Shown: piece by piece, positions 28,210 to 38,608 of the stretch
How the letters are laid out: every line of letters begins with the position of its first letter
Numbering within the stretch: position 1 is the first letter of the stretch
NCBI GenBank assembly: GCA_043813605.1
Contig: JBDRKX010000081.1
Coordinates: 1-38,754 of the forward strand
Direction of reading: 5' to 3'
DNA from: Elusimicrobiota bacterium
Lineage (GTDB): Bacteria; CG03; SLGR01; JBDRKX01
DNA: 38,754 nt
Notes under the pieces: generated by a model
The model's input: only the letters and a program-made list of their open reading frames with translations
Databases searched by the model: none
Told to the model about the DNA's origin: nothing
Position numbers and translations under genes: made by a program

Positions 28210-28608
28210 ATGCAATTTTTTGAATACGGTATATCAACCAAAAAAAAATCGGAGATGATCGATATTACGGGGATAGTCAATGAATCAGTTGCCGGGGCAG
28301 GGATTGCAGAAGGTTCATGTGTTGTATTTATACCGCATACTACTGCAGGGGTGACAATAAACGAAAATGCGGATCCTGATGTCATCAGGGATATACTCAT
28401 GCTGCTTGATGAGTCGGTTCCGTGGCAGCACAGGGCATACAGGCATTCCGAAGGTAATTCCGCTGCGCATATTAAATCTTCGTTCATGGGTTCATCAATA
28501 GATCTGATGGTCAGAGACGGCAGGGTGCGGTTGGGAACGTGGCAGTCGGTTTTCTTCTGTGAATTCGATGGCCCGAGGTCGAGAAAGGTATGGATAAAAG
28601 TCAGTTAG
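28210..28608 (+). CDS. yjbQ: YjbQ/UPF0047 family protein
   Basis: PHTTAGVTINENADPDV, HSEGNSAAHIK, LGTWQSVFFCEFDGPR. Confidence 0.93.
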   Translation: MQFFEYGISTKKKSEMIDITGIVNESVAGAGIAEGSCVVFIPHTTAGVTINENADPDVIRDILMLLDESVPWQHRAYRHSEGNSAAHIKSSFMGSSIDLMVRDGRVRLGTWQSVFFCEFDGPRSRKVWIKVS

Positions 28609-28634
28609 GGAAAAGATAACCGGAGACAAAAACA

Positions 28635-29381
28635 GTGAAAAAAATACTTATAACAAATGATGACGGTATCAGCGCACCGGCACTTGATATGCTGAGAAAA
28701 TCATTGTGCTGCTACGGTGAAGTTACGGTTGTAGCGCCGTCTGCTCCCAGGAACGCTTCAGGCAATTCCATAACGCTTCATAAACCGGTAAGGGTAATCA
28801 GGCTTGATGACGGTAAGTATTCAGTTACAGGCACAACAGCCGATTGTGTGAGGATAGGTGTTCTTACGATATTGAACGGGTCGGTCGACCTGGTAGTGTC
28901 AGGCATAAATCAAGGCGCCAACCTGGGCGATGATGTAAACTATTCCGGTACAGTAGCCGGTGCCAGGGAAGGCGCGCTGCTGGGTATCCCGTCGTTTGCA
29001 GCTTCACTTGTAACAGGACACAGTATGAATTTCAGGCAGGCTGCGCATATAACGGCTGAAGTAGCCGAGAAAATATTGGAAAACGGTTTACCTGAAAGGA
29101 AACTGCTTAACCTGAACATACCCGATATTAAAGACGGTGCTGTGAAAGGCATTATGGTTACACGTTTAGGTATCAGGATATATGACAACCGCGTCACAAA
29201 GAGGATCGATCCCAAGGGAGAAGATTATTACTGGATCGTAGGCGAGACTCTTAACTGTAAAATGGAAAAAGGCACTGATTTCGAAGCCATATCAAAAAAT
29301 TACGCTTCTCTAACTCCGCTGTCACTCGATTATACCGACCGAAAACTTGTGGAAGACCTGAAAAGTTGGACTTCAGACTGA
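28635..29381 (+). CDS. surE: 5'/3'-nucleotidase SurE
   Basis: ILITNDDG, GTTADCV, VSGINQGANLG, YSGTVAGA. Confidence 0.95.
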   Translation: MKKILITNDDGISAPALDMLRKSLCCYGEVTVVAPSAPRNASGNSITLHKPVRVIRLDDGKYSVTGTTADCVRIGVLTILNGSVDLVVSGINQGANLGDDVNYSGTVAGAREGALLGIPSFAASLVTGHSMNFRQAAHITAEVAEKILENGLPERKLLNLNIPDIKDGAVKGIMVTRLGIRIYDNRVTKRIDPKGEDYYWIVGETLNCKMEKGTDFEAISKNYASLTPLSLDYTDRKLVEDLKSWTSD

Positions 29382-31369
29382 TATCAGATTTTACTGACAG
29401 CGGTGACCAGGCCCAGGCTGTAAAAAACATATCCGGGAATCTTAAAGCAGGCATATCCGATCAGGTGCTGCTTGGAGTCACCGGCTCAGGAAAAACATAT
29501 ACAATGGCAAGGGTTATAGAGGAGACCCAACTGCCCACGCTCGTAATAACACATAATAAAACCCTTTCGGCGCAGCTATACAGTGAATTTAAATCGTTTT
29601 TTCCCGAAAACGCGGTAGAGTATTTTGTCAGTTATTATGATTATTACCAACCGGAAGCTTATATACCCCATTCTGATACGTATATAGAAAAAGACGCGAA
29701 GATAAACCAGAGGATCGAAAGGCTGAGACTGAAAGCTACTTCTTCGCTTTTAAGCCGGCCGGACGTTATAATAGTGGCTTCGGTATCATGCATATACGGA
29801 CTGGGGAGTCCTGTAGAATGGAAAGAGATGCTGGTCAGCCTGAAAAAAGGCGGAGTCTATGACCGTTCAAAACTGATTACAGACCTGGCGTCTATCCAGT
29901 ATGCCAGGAATGATATCGATTTTTCGAACGGCACTTTCAGGGTGAGGGGCCCGGTAATAGATGTATTCCCTGCTTATCTTAATGATGAAGCTGTGAGAGT
30001 ACGGCTGGACGGTGATGTTGTAAGCTCAATAAGTTCCATACATCCTCTTACCGGGAAAACCATCAGTGAATACCAGGCTTTTACACTATACCCGGCAACC
30101 CATTTTGTAACCAGGCCCGAAGGTATTGAAGACAAACTTAACCTTATCTTAAATGATCTGGAAGAACGGCTTAAAGAACTGAACAGGCAAAAAAAATACC
30201 TTGAAGCTCAGAGGTTGAAAATGAGGACTGAGTATGATATCGAGATGCTCCGGGAAGCTGGTTACTGCAACGGCATAGAGAACTACTCGAGATATTTTTC
30301 GGGAAGGAACCCCGGTGAACCGCCATACTGCCTATTGAATTATTTTCAGGAAAATTTCCTGACAATACTGGATGAATCTCACGTAACCCTGCCTCAGTTA
30401 AAGGGTATGCATGCAGGCGACAGGTCAAGAAAAGAGACGCTCGTTGAACACGGGTTCAGGTTACCGTCTGCACTGGATAACAGGCCTCTTATGTTTGAGG
30501 AATTCGAAAAGATTACGAGTATGAGGGTTCATGTATCGGCGACACCGGGCCCTTATGAAAAAGAGAGGTCAGGGAACAGGATCATTGAACTCATCAACAG
30601 GCCTACGGGCCTGGTCGATCCCGAAGTCGATATACGGCCTGCACGAGGCCAGGTGGACGACCTTGTAGTCGAGATAAAAAAGAGAGCAGAGAAAAAGCAG
30701 CGTGTTCTTGTGACCACAATAACTAAAAAAATGGCTGAAGACCTTGCAGAGTATCTTAGAACAGAAATGGTAAGAGTAAGGTACCTTCATTCAGAGATAG
30801 ATACTATAGAAAGGATAAATATCCTGAAAGAACTGAGGAAAGGTGATTTTGACTGTCTTGTCGGAGTGAACCTCTTAAGGGAAGGGCTCGATCTTCCCGA
30901 AGTAGCACTGGTAGCAGTGCTGGATGCGGATAAGGAAGGTTTCCTGCGCAGCGAAACATCTCTCATCCAGGTGTGCGGCCGGGCGTCAAGGAATATCGAC
31001 GGAAAAGTGATAATGTATGCTGAGAATATCACGGGTTCGATGAAACGGGCGATCTCCGAGATGGACCGCCGCAGGAAGATGCAGCTTGATTATAACTCTG
31101 CACACGGTATTACACCGAAATCCGTGATAAAAGCAGTTGCCGAGGAAAAAGAATTCGAATATGAAATCAAAAAGAAGTCGGCGGCGTTTATAGCCGGAGG
31201 CGAATGGTATAAGGTTGACGGGGATACCGATAAAAATATAATAGTAGAACTGGGAAAAGAGATGAAAGACGCTGCCCGGCTGTTGAATTTCGAGCTTGCT
31301 GCGGCAATCAGAGACAGGATATATGAGATAAAAAGAATGAAAAAGGAAAAGAGCAGTTCAGCGGGATGA
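29366..31369 (+). CDS. uvrB: Excinuclease ABC subunit B
   Basis: LLGVTGSGKT, YFVSYYDYYQPEAY, DESH, GFRLPSALDNRPL, NLLREGLDLPEV, C-terminal UVR domain; TTG start overlapping surE. Confidence 0.97.
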   Translation: MDFRLISDFTDSGDQAQAVKNISGNLKAGISDQVLLGVTGSGKTYTMARVIEETQLPTLVITHNKTLSAQLYSEFKSFFPENAVEYFVSYYDYYQPEAYIPHSDTYIEKDAKINQRIERLRLKATSSLLSRPDVIIVASVSCIYGLGSPVEWKEMLVSLKKGGVYDRSKLITDLASIQYARNDIDFSNGTFRVRGPVIDVFPAYLNDEAVRVRLDGDVVSSISSIHPLTGKTISEYQAFTLYPATHFVTRPEGIEDKLNLILNDLEERLKELNRQKKYLEAQRLKMRTEYDIEMLREAGYCNGIENYSRYFSGRNPGEPPYCLLNYFQENFLTILDESHVTLPQLKGMHAGDRSRKETLVEHGFRLPSALDNRPLMFEEFEKITSMRVHVSATPGPYEKERSGNRIIELINRPTGLVDPEVDIRPARGQVDDLVVEIKKRAEKKQRVLVTTITKKMAEDLAEYLRTEMVRVRYLHSEIDTIERINILKELRKGDFDCLVGVNLLREGLDLPEVALVAVLDADKEGFLRSETSLIQVCGRASRNIDGKVIMYAENITGSMKRAISEMDRRRKMQLDYNSAHGITPKSVIKAVAEEKEFEYEIKKKSAAFIAGGEWYKVDGDTDKNIIVELGKEMKDAARLLNFELAAAIRDRIYEIKRMKKEKSSSAG

Positions 31370-32232
31370 ATATGGGAATAAACAGGGATAACCTTATAAA
31401 GACAGTGCGTACAGCACTTGATGAAGATATGCCTTCAGGTGACATAACATCAGAAGGTATCAGCTTCAGATCCTTAAATGCCGCAGGGACCATTACGGCA
31501 AAACAGGATTGCATATTATGCGGTATAACTGTTGCTGAAACTGTATTCAAAGAAGTATCGGAAGATATCTCTGTGGAAATAATAAAGAATGACGGTGCCA
31601 GTGTAATCTCCGGTGATACCGTGATGATCATCACTGGAGTTCCCATGAAACTTCTTGAAGCTGAGAGGACTGCACTCAATTTCCTGTCTCATCTGTCGGG
31701 AATTGCGACTCTCACGGCCAAGTTTGTAAATATTGTCAAAGAGGTCAACAATGGCTGCAAAGTGCTTGATACGAGAAAGACGGTACCTGGACTGAGGATG
31801 CTTGAGAAATATGCCGTGAGAACCGGAAACGGCATGAACCACAGGATGAACCTCTCAGATTACGTGCTTATTAAAGAGAACCATATAGCGCTGTCTGATG
31901 CGGGAATACAGGGAACTGTAGAGAGTATCAGAAAATCCGTTCCGGAAAACACTCCTGTTGAAGTCGAAGTAGAGAACATGAACGAGGTAGAAGAAGCTGT
32001 GTCAGCAGGCGCTGATATAATCATGCTGGATAATTTCAGTATAGATGATATTCAGAAAGCAGTAGAGAAGATCAGGGGAACGGGCAGTACTGCCAAAATA
32101 GAGGTATCCGGCGGTGTATCGCTGGATACTATAGGCATTATCGCTTCAAAAGGTGTAGACAGGATTTCTGTAGGGTGTCTTACGAATTCAGCCCCGGCAG
32201 TCGATTTCAGCATGAGTATGAGAAATGCATAA
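31366..32232 (+). CDS. nadC: Nicotinate-nucleotide diphosphorylase (quinolinate phosphoribosyltransferase)
   Basis: GDITS, ERTALN, DTRKTVPGLR, NHRMNLSD, KENH, MLDNF, EVSGG; ATGA overlap with uvrB. Confidence 0.96.
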   Translation: MNMGINRDNLIKTVRTALDEDMPSGDITSEGISFRSLNAAGTITAKQDCILCGITVAETVFKEVSEDISVEIIKNDGASVISGDTVMIITGVPMKLLEAERTALNFLSHLSGIATLTAKFVNIVKEVNNGCKVLDTRKTVPGLRMLEKYAVRTGNGMNHRMNLSDYVLIKENHIALSDAGIQGTVESIRKSVPENTPVEVEVENMNEVEEAVSAGADIIMLDNFSIDDIQKAVEKIRGTGSTAKIEVSGGVSLDTIGIIASKGVDRISVGCLTNSAPAVDFSMSMRNA

Positions 32233-33730
32233 GAAACTGATCTGTCCGGCAATATTTGGAGAGCGTATAGAGATATACCGCTCGATAGATTCTACTCAGA
32301 AAAGAGTACGGGATATTTTTAATGATAATCCTGTTGAATCCATCGTATTTGCCGATCATCAGACTGCCGGAGTAGGCAGAAGAGGAAGAGAATGGGTTTC
32401 ACCTGAAGGAGGACTATATTTTTCCCTGCTATTGAATCCTGAAGGCAAAAAAGAGATTTTCAGTATGCTGGCGCTGTTGTGGGCATTGAGATCTTTAAAA
32501 GAAGAGGGTATGGAAGATATAGGCTGGAAATGGCCGAATGACATAATGTACGATGAACGCAAAGCAGGCGGTATTATAACCGAGCTTCTGCCTGGAGGAT
32601 GGATAGCGCTCGGTATAGGTATAAACGCGGGCCTGAACGAAAACCAGTTTCCCGGATCACTGGATGATACGGTATCAGTAATAGATATTGACAGGAAGAA
32701 TTTTGTAGACAGGTTTTTACGGTATATCGATGGATATAAAGGAAAAGACGGCCTTTCTGAAAATGATATCGGATTTCTGGACCCCCTTCACATATTAAAA
32801 GATAGTCTGATAAGAGCAGGTGATGATGAGGGTATGGTATCGGGTATAGCTCCGGACGGGAGTCTTGAGATCGTGACCTCCGGCAGAAAGAAGAATATAA
32901 CAACCGGACCAGTATTTAAAGTAGATAATAAAGATTTCACTGATATTAATATAATAGCAATAGATATAGGTAATACATCAACAAGGGTAGGTTATATTGA
33001 AAACGGGGATATAACAGCCTCTGATATACCTACAAAACCTGTGGAAGATTTCCCTCAAAGGCTGATATCCGGGATACGGGATAAGTACGGGGACATAATA
33101 GGAAAGATTGACGGCATAGCGGTCTCCTGTGTAGTAAGTTTGCTGGAGACAAAAGTGCTCGAACGATTGAAAAAGGAACTCCATCCTTATGTAGTGAATG
33201 TCACATGTGAACTGAGTACAGGCTTGACCTTGAAAGTAAAGGAACCTGCCCAGTTAGGAGCAGACAGGATATGTAATGCTGTAGCAGTTAACAGGCTGTA
33301 CGGCGGTGATACGGTATTGGTTGATCTGGGTACTGCTAATACTTACGATGTGGTTTCCCGTACCGGAGAATACATCGGTGGCGTTATAGCACCCGGAATA
33401 GACTCTATGAAAGAAGCTTTGGTAAGGAGAGCCGATAAGCTCAAAGATCATGAGTTCACTATGCCGGATACTTCTATAGGCGATGAGACTGTGATCAGTC
33501 AGAACATAGGCCTGTTTCATACACTGAACGGACAGATAAAAAGTATTATAAATGCTATTAAAAGGGACTGGCAGCGGGAATTCAGGATAATCTTCACCGG
33601 CGGCGGCATAAGTATGGTTGATAAGGAAATACTCGCAAATTACACGACAGACAGAGATATAACCATAAAGGGTCTGGCCGTAATTTTTAAACTTCAAAAT
33701 AAACTTCAAAATAAACTTGACAAAAAATAA
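32225..33730 (+). CDS. birA-coaX: Bifunctional biotin-protein ligase (no HTH) / type III pantothenate kinase fusion
   Basis: N-half QTAGVGRRGREW, KWPND, KAGGI; C-half AIDIGNTST, LGADR, VDLGTANTYD, GGVIAPG, TGGG; one continuous frame. Confidence 0.9.
   Translation: MHKKLICPAIFGERIEIYRSIDSTQKRVRDIFNDNPVESIVFADHQTAGVGRRGREWVSPEGGLYFSLLLNPEGKKEIFSMLALLWALRSLKEEGMEDIGWKWPNDIMYDERKAGGIITELLPGGWIALGIGINAGLNENQFPGSLDDTVSVIDIDRKNFVDRFLRYIDGYKGKDGLSENDIGFLDPLHILKDSLIRAGDDEGMVSGIAPDGSLEIVTSGRKKNITTGPVFKVDNKDFTDINIIAIDIGNTSTRVGYIENGDITASDIPTKPVEDFPQRLISGIRDKYGDIIGKIDGIAVSCVVSLLETKVLERLKKELHPYVVNVTCELSTGLTLKVKEPAQLGADRICNAVAVNRLYGGDTVLVDLGTANTYDVVSRTGEYIGGVIAPGIDSMKEALVRRADKLKDHEFTMPDTSIGDETVISQNIGLFHTLNGQIKSIINAIKRDWQREFRIIFTGGGISMVDKEILANYTTDRDITIKGLAVIFKLQNKLQNKLDKK
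33688..33723 (+). repeat. 12-bp tandem direct repeat overlapping the groES -35
   Basis: TAAACTTCAAAA twice, then TAAACTTGACAA; encodes KLQNKLQNKLD. Confidence 0.8.
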
Positions 33731-33744
33731 ATAATATATATACT
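33717..33744 (+). promoter_or_regulatory. groESL promoter
   Basis: TTGACA (33717-33722), 16 nt, TATACT (33739-33744). Confidence 0.7.
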
Positions 33745-33828
33745 TATCAAATCCTGTTAATCTGATGCGGAAAATTAGCAGGAAAAAGGCAGGGGAATAA
33801 TAGAAAAAAGGCAGAAAGGAGAACGATA

Positions 33829-34116
33829 ATGAAAATCAGACCATTAGGTGACAGGATTTTAGTTAAACCTCTTGAGAAAGAGGATGAAAAGATCGGGAGT
33901 ATAATAGTTCCTGAAACAGCTAAAGAGAAGCCGCAGGAGGGAAAAGTGGAAGCTGTGGGTCCGGGAAAACTGAATGATACCGGCCAGAATATACCGATGA
34001 ACCTGAAGGCAGGAGATACTGTGTTATACGGAAAATATTCCGGTACCGAAGTAAAGATCGATGGAGTTGAATACCTCATAATGCATGAAGATGATGTATT
34101 CGGGGTAGTAGGTTAA
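33829..34116 (+). CDS. groES: Co-chaperonin GroES
   Basis: [46 protein letters not shown]. Confidence 0.98.
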   Translation: MKIRPLGDRILVKPLEKEDEKIGSIIVPETAKEKPQEGKVEAVGPGKLNDTGQNIPMNLKAGDTVLYGKYSGTEVKIDGVEYLIMHEDDVFGVVG

Positions 34117-34144
34117 AATAAAAAACTAAGAAGGAGGCATAAAG

Positions 34145-35788
34145 ATGGCAAAACAATTAAAGTTTTTGGATGATGCATCGCATGCGTTATTAAACGGTGT
34201 CCACAAGATGGCGAATGCTGTGCAGATAACTCTGGGCCCGAAAGGTAGCCAGGTGATAATAGATAAGAGTTACGGATCACCGATCATATCTTCGGATGGG
34301 GTGAGTATAGCAAAAGAAATAGAACTTGAAGACAAGTTCGAGAACATGGGTGCGCAGCTGTTGAAAGAAGTAGCGTCAAAGACAAATGACGTAGCCGGAG
34401 ACGGTACTACGACCGCTATAGTGCTCGGACGCGCCATGATACAGCAGGGTTTCAGGAACATAACTGCCGGTGCGAATTCCCGCCATATAAAAACTGGAAT
34501 AGACAAGGCAGTTAAAAAAGTAGTAGAACATATCCGTGCGTCTGCTAAACAGATAGGCAACCGGGACGAGATCGCGCAGATTGCTTCCATAGCAGCTGCT
34601 GACAAGGAGATAGGTGTTCTCATAGCGGATGCAATGGAAAAAGTCGGTAAGGATGGAGTGATTTCGGTAATTGAAGGTAAAGGCGCCGAAACAACTCTGG
34701 AAGTCGTAGAAGGAATGCAGTTCGACAGAGGTTATCTTTCACCGTATTTCGTAACGGATGCCGAGCGCATGGAAACGGTTCTGGAAGATCCTTACATAAT
34801 AATCACTGACAAGAAACTCTCAAATATGCAGGAAATACTCCCGCTTCTTGAAAAAATTGCGCAGTCCGGCAAACCTTTCCTGATCATCGCTGAGGATGTC
34901 GAAGGCGAAGCCCTTGCAACACTTGTGGTAAACAAGATAAGGGGTACTCTTAAATGCGCAGCTGTAAAAGCTCCGGGATTCGGTGACAGGCGCAAAGAGA
35001 TGCTCAAAGATATTGCCACCCTTACAAAGGGGCAGGTCATCTCTGAAGAACTGGGCGTAAAACTGGATAAATCCGATGTGAATATGCTCGGTATGGCTAA
35101 AAGGATAACCATAGACAAAGAAAACACTACAATAATCGGCGGCGCCGGAGACAAAAAAGAAATCCAGGCGCGTGTCAAACAGATAAGGACACAGATAGAA
35201 GAAACTGATTCCGACTACGACCGGGAGAAACTTGAAGAAAGACTTGCTAAGCTGGTGGGTGGAGTCGCGGAGATAAAAGTCGGTGCGGCTACAGAGACCG
35301 AGATGAAATCAAGAAAGTTCAAGGTAGAAGACGCAGTCAACGCGACCAGGGCGGCTGTCGAAGAAGGCATAGTTGCCGGCGGCGGAGTGGCTTTTCTTTC
35401 TGCTATAAGCGCGCTTGATGGGCTTGTCGGAGATGATGCCGATGAAGAAGTCGGTATTAAGATAGTGCGTTGGGTACTTGAAGCTCCGGTCAGGCAGATA
35501 GCGGAGAACGCCGGTGCGGAACCGTCTATAGTAGTCAATCAGATCAAGATGTCCCCAAAGGGTACGGGATATGATGCCGAAAAAGGCGATTTTACCGATA
35601 TGGTAAAGAGAGGGATAATCGATCCGGCCAAAGTGACGAGGTCTGCGATCGAGAACGCCGCTTCAGTGGCGTCGATCATGCTCACGACCGAATGCTTGAT
35701 AACAGATAAACCCCAGGAAAAGGGTGACATGTCTATGATGCCGCATGGCGGAATGGGCGGAATGGGCGGAATGGGCGGAATGATGTAA
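34145..35788 (+). CDS. groEL: Chaperonin GroEL
   Basis: [37 protein letters not shown]-terminal GGM tail. Confidence 0.98.
   Translation: MAKQLKFLDDASHALLNGVHKMANAVQITLGPKGSQVIIDKSYGSPIISSDGVSIAKEIELEDKFENMGAQLLKEVASKTNDVAGDGTTTAIVLGRAMIQQGFRNITAGANSRHIKTGIDKAVKKVVEHIRASAKQIGNRDEIAQIASIAAADKEIGVLIADAMEKVGKDGVISVIEGKGAETTLEVVEGMQFDRGYLSPYFVTDAERMETVLEDPYIIITDKKLSNMQEILPLLEKIAQSGKPFLIIAEDVEGEALATLVVNKIRGTLKCAAVKAPGFGDRRKEMLKDIATLTKGQVISEELGVKLDKSDVNMLGMAKRITIDKENTTIIGGAGDKKEIQARVKQIRTQIEETDSDYDREKLEERLAKLVGGVAEIKVGAATETEMKSRKFKVEDAVNATRAAVEEGIVAGGGVAFLSAISALDGLVGDDADEEVGIKIVRWVLEAPVRQIAENAGAEPSIVVNQIKMSPKGTGYDAEKGDFTDMVKRGIIDPAKVTRSAIENAASVASIMLTTECLITDKPQEKGDMSMMPHGGMGGMGGMGGMM
35747..35782 (+). 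repeat. Perfect (GGCGGAATG)4 repeat encoding the GroEL GGM tail
   Basis: Four identical 9-mers read directly from the sequence. Confidence 0.9.
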
Positions 35789-35803
35789 TCGAAAGAAATA
35801 CAG

Positions 35804-35843
35804 GCCCCTTCACGGATCCATGATTTGTGAAGGGGCTTTTTTT
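35804..35843 (+). terminator. Rho-independent terminator after groEL
   Basis: GCCCCTTCACGGATC-cat-GATTTGTGAAGGGGC followed by T7. Confidence 0.9.
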
Positions 35844-35886
35844 ATTGATTTGACATTTAAAAAAATATAGGTTAAAAGGACATATT

Positions 35887-37368
35887 ATGAAAGCTGTAAT
35901 AAGTGTTTATAATAAGGATGGCATAGTTGAATTTGCGGGAGAGTTAAAAAAACTCGGGTGGGATATAATATCAACGGGAGGCACATACAAAGCGATAAAA
36001 AATGCCGGGATCGATGTAGAAAAAGTATCGGATTTTACCGGCAGCAGCGAGATACTGGGCGGAAGGGTCAAGACGCTCCATCCTGCGATCTTTGCGGGTA
36101 TACTTGCAAGAGATGATCAGTCCGGGGAACTTGAAGAAGCCGGAATGAAAAGGATAGATCTTGTATGCTGCAATCTGTATCCGTTCGAAGAAGCCGTAGA
36201 AAAATACTCTGATGAATCCCTTATACTGGAAAATATAGATATAGGCGGAGTTACTCTGCTTAGAGCAGCTGCAAAGAATTACAGGAGCGTTATATGTATA
36301 ACGGATCCTGATGATTACCCCTCACTCATAAAGAAACTGAAAACAGGCGGTATTGATGAGAAAGACAGGAAACTTTATGGGCTGAAAGCATTTAAGACAA
36401 CAGCCCGCTATGATAGTGCCATAAGAGATTATTTCGCCGGTAAAAGCGGTATAGGGGATCTCAATATATCCCTGCCTATGACCATTGAACTAAGGTACGG
36501 GGAGAATTCCCATCAGAAAGCCGAGTTGTACGGGGAAGTGCCTTTCAGAATGATACAGGGAGAAAAAGAGCTGAGTTTCAACAATATACAGGATTCGAAT
36601 GCAGCGATGAAAATAGTGAAAGATTTTGAAGAACCGGCGGTGGTAATAATAAAACACGCCGTACCATGCGGCGCTGCTGTCTCAAAAGACATAGTGACTG
36701 CGTATAAAAAAGCACTCGAGTCGGATCCGATGAGCGCCTTCGGCGGGATAGTCGGGTTGAACCGTAAGCTTGAAAAGGACCTTGCCGAAGAACTCACTAA
36801 AAATTTTTATGAAGTGATAATAGCTCCGGGATTTTCCGGGGAAAGTCTTGAAGTACTTAAAGCCAAACCGAATCTGCGTGTTGTGGAATACGCCGATTCT
36901 GATGATGAGAGGGATATAAGAAATGTCAGCGGCGGACTGCTCGTCCAGGATCCGGATACCTTCACTGGTGAAGACTGGAAAGTAGTAACCAGTCAGTCTC
37001 CTGATGGATCCCGGATGGATGAGCTCAAGTTTGCCTGGAAGCTCGCGCGGTATCTTAAATCAAATGCTATAGTGATCGCAAAAGAAAAACAGACATACGG
37101 GCTTGGATCAGGTGAAACATCCAGGGTAGGAGCCGTTAAAGTCGCTGTTTCAAAAATAGAAGAGTTTTTTCCCGGTAGCGCTCAGGATCTTGTCATGGCG
37201 TCTGACGCTTTTTTTCCGTTTCCGGATGCTGTTGAAGAAGCTGCCAGAGCCGGTGTGTGTGCCATAGTTCAGCCGGGAGGCTCAAAAAACGACGATAAGG
37301 TAATAGAGAAAGCGGATGAACTCGGTATAATAATGGTGTTTACCGGAAGAAGGCATTTTTTGCACTGA
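35887..37368 (+). CDS. purH: Bifunctional AICAR formyltransferase / IMP cyclohydrolase
   Basis: AVISVYNK, ISTGGT, GRVKTLHP, ENIDIGG, LRYGEN, KSNAIV, ASDAFFPF, QPGGS, RHFLH. Confidence 0.97.
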   Translation: MKAVISVYNKDGIVEFAGELKKLGWDIISTGGTYKAIKNAGIDVEKVSDFTGSSEILGGRVKTLHPAIFAGILARDDQSGELEEAGMKRIDLVCCNLYPFEEAVEKYSDESLILENIDIGGVTLLRAAAKNYRSVICITDPDDYPSLIKKLKTGGIDEKDRKLYGLKAFKTTARYDSAIRDYFAGKSGIGDLNISLPMTIELRYGENSHQKAELYGEVPFRMIQGEKELSFNNIQDSNAAMKIVKDFEEPAVVIIKHAVPCGAAVSKDIVTAYKKALESDPMSAFGGIVGLNRKLEKDLAEELTKNFYEVIIAPGFSGESLEVLKAKPNLRVVEYADSDDERDIRNVSGGLLVQDPDTFTGEDWKVVTSQSPDGSRMDELKFAWKLARYLKSNAIVIAKEKQTYGLGSGETSRVGAVKVAVSKIEEFFPGSAQDLVMASDAFFPFPDAVEEAARAGVCAIVQPGGSKNDDKVIEKADELGIIMVFTGRRHFLH

Positions 37369-37388
37369 TAAAAAAAGGGAGAAGAACT

Positions 37389-38528
37389 ATGATAAAAAAA
37401 CGTTTATTTACACCCGGTCCGACTGAAGTACCCCATGCGGTGCTCCTGGAAATGGCAAGACCCACGATACATCACCGTAAAAGTGAGTTCGCGGAGATAT
37501 TTAAAGAAGTGATAGCAAATCTCAACAGGATATTCCTCTCAACAGGAGAGATATTCGTGTTGTCAGCTTCCGGTACCGGCGCGATGGAAGCGGCAGTGCA
37601 GAATTTTACCTGTGAGGGTGATCGTGCTCTTACCATTGATTCAGGGAAATTCGGTGAACGCTGGACATCGTTATGTAAAAAAGCCGGTGTGGAAGCCGAA
37701 GTCCTCAGCTATGAATGGGGAAAAGCCGCGTTACCTTCTGATATCGAAAAGAAACTGGCGGCCGACAGCAGTATTAAAGCCGTATTCACAACGCTTGTCG
37801 AGACTTCGACCGGAACGCTGCATCCAATAGAAGAAATAGCAAAAGTTGTCTCAAAAACCGATGCAGTACTTGTGGTCGATGCGGTGAGCGCCCTCGGGAG
37901 CGACAGGATAAAAGTAGACCAGTGGGGCGTGGATGTGGTCGTTTCAGGTTCGCAGAAAGCGCTGATGACACCTCCGGGAATTGCTCTTATGTGTGTTAAT
38001 AAAAAGGCTAGATCAGTATATGAAAAAAATACCAGGAATACGTATTACTGGAACTTGAAATCTGCAAGTAAATCCCTTTCAAAGGGACAGACACCGTATA
38101 CTCCGGCTGTTAATATGCTTATGGGATTACTTGAAGCCCTGCGTATGATCAACCGGGAAGTAATAGAAAATGTCTGGGCAAGGCACGAACAGCTGGCAGA
38201 GGCAGCAAGGGCGGGTATCAAGGCAATGGGCCTCGAGCTTTACTCAGAGAGCCCGGCAAACGGCCTGACAGCGGTGAAGATACCTGATCCTGACAGGATC
38301 GGTTCGGCATTCGTGAAACACCTGGAAGAAAGACACGGTATCTATTTCGCAGGCGGCCAGGACCAGGTGAAGGGCAAGATATTCAGGATAGCGCACATGG
38401 GTTACTATGACAAGATGGATGTTATTATTGCACTCGCTTCAGTTGAGATGACATTAAAGGAACTGGGCGTAGGTGATGTGCTGGGCAAAGGCGTTAAAGC
38501 AGCGATGGAGGTATTCTCTGCCCGGTAA
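37389..38528 (+). CDS. Class V PLP aminotransferase (serine-pyruvate/alanine-glyoxylate family; possible alternative SerC)
   Basis: LFTPGPT, SGTGAMEA, ETSTG, VDAVS, SGSQKALMTPPG, TPYTP, FRIAHMG. Confidence 0.9.
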   Translation: MIKKRLFTPGPTEVPHAVLLEMARPTIHHRKSEFAEIFKEVIANLNRIFLSTGEIFVLSASGTGAMEAAVQNFTCEGDRALTIDSGKFGERWTSLCKKAGVEAEVLSYEWGKAALPSDIEKKLAADSSIKAVFTTLVETSTGTLHPIEEIAKVVSKTDAVLVVDAVSALGSDRIKVDQWGVDVVVSGSQKALMTPPGIALMCVNKKARSVYEKNTRNTYYWNLKSASKSLSKGQTPYTPAVNMLMGLLEALRMINREVIENVWARHEQLAEAARAGIKAMGLELYSESPANGLTAVKIPDPDRIGSAFVKHLEERHGIYFAGGQDQVKGKIFRIAHMGYYDKMDVIIALASVEMTLKELGVGDVLGKGVKAAMEVFSAR

Positions 38529-38608
38529 TGAAAATAGACTATTTTGCAAAATATACTTCAAATGATAAACATTCCGGATAATAGAGGGAGATGTTACCAA
38601 AGAGAACC

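Noticed and set aside
28240..28248. A9 tract in yjbQ as a phase-variation site
   Set aside because: In frame (TKKKS) and the gene is intact; A-runs are common in this genome.
33775..33783. CIRCE element upstream of groES
   Set aside because: Only TTAGCA matches; the CTC-N9-GAGTGCTAA remainder is absent.
35747..35782. Tandem 9-bp repeat as VNTR or CRISPR
   Set aside because: It encodes the standard GroEL GGM tail and has no spacers.
38531..38552. Terminator after the aminotransferase
   Set aside because: Only short AT-rich palindromes (AAAATAG/CTATTTT, ATTTTGCAAAAT); no GC stem with a U-tract.
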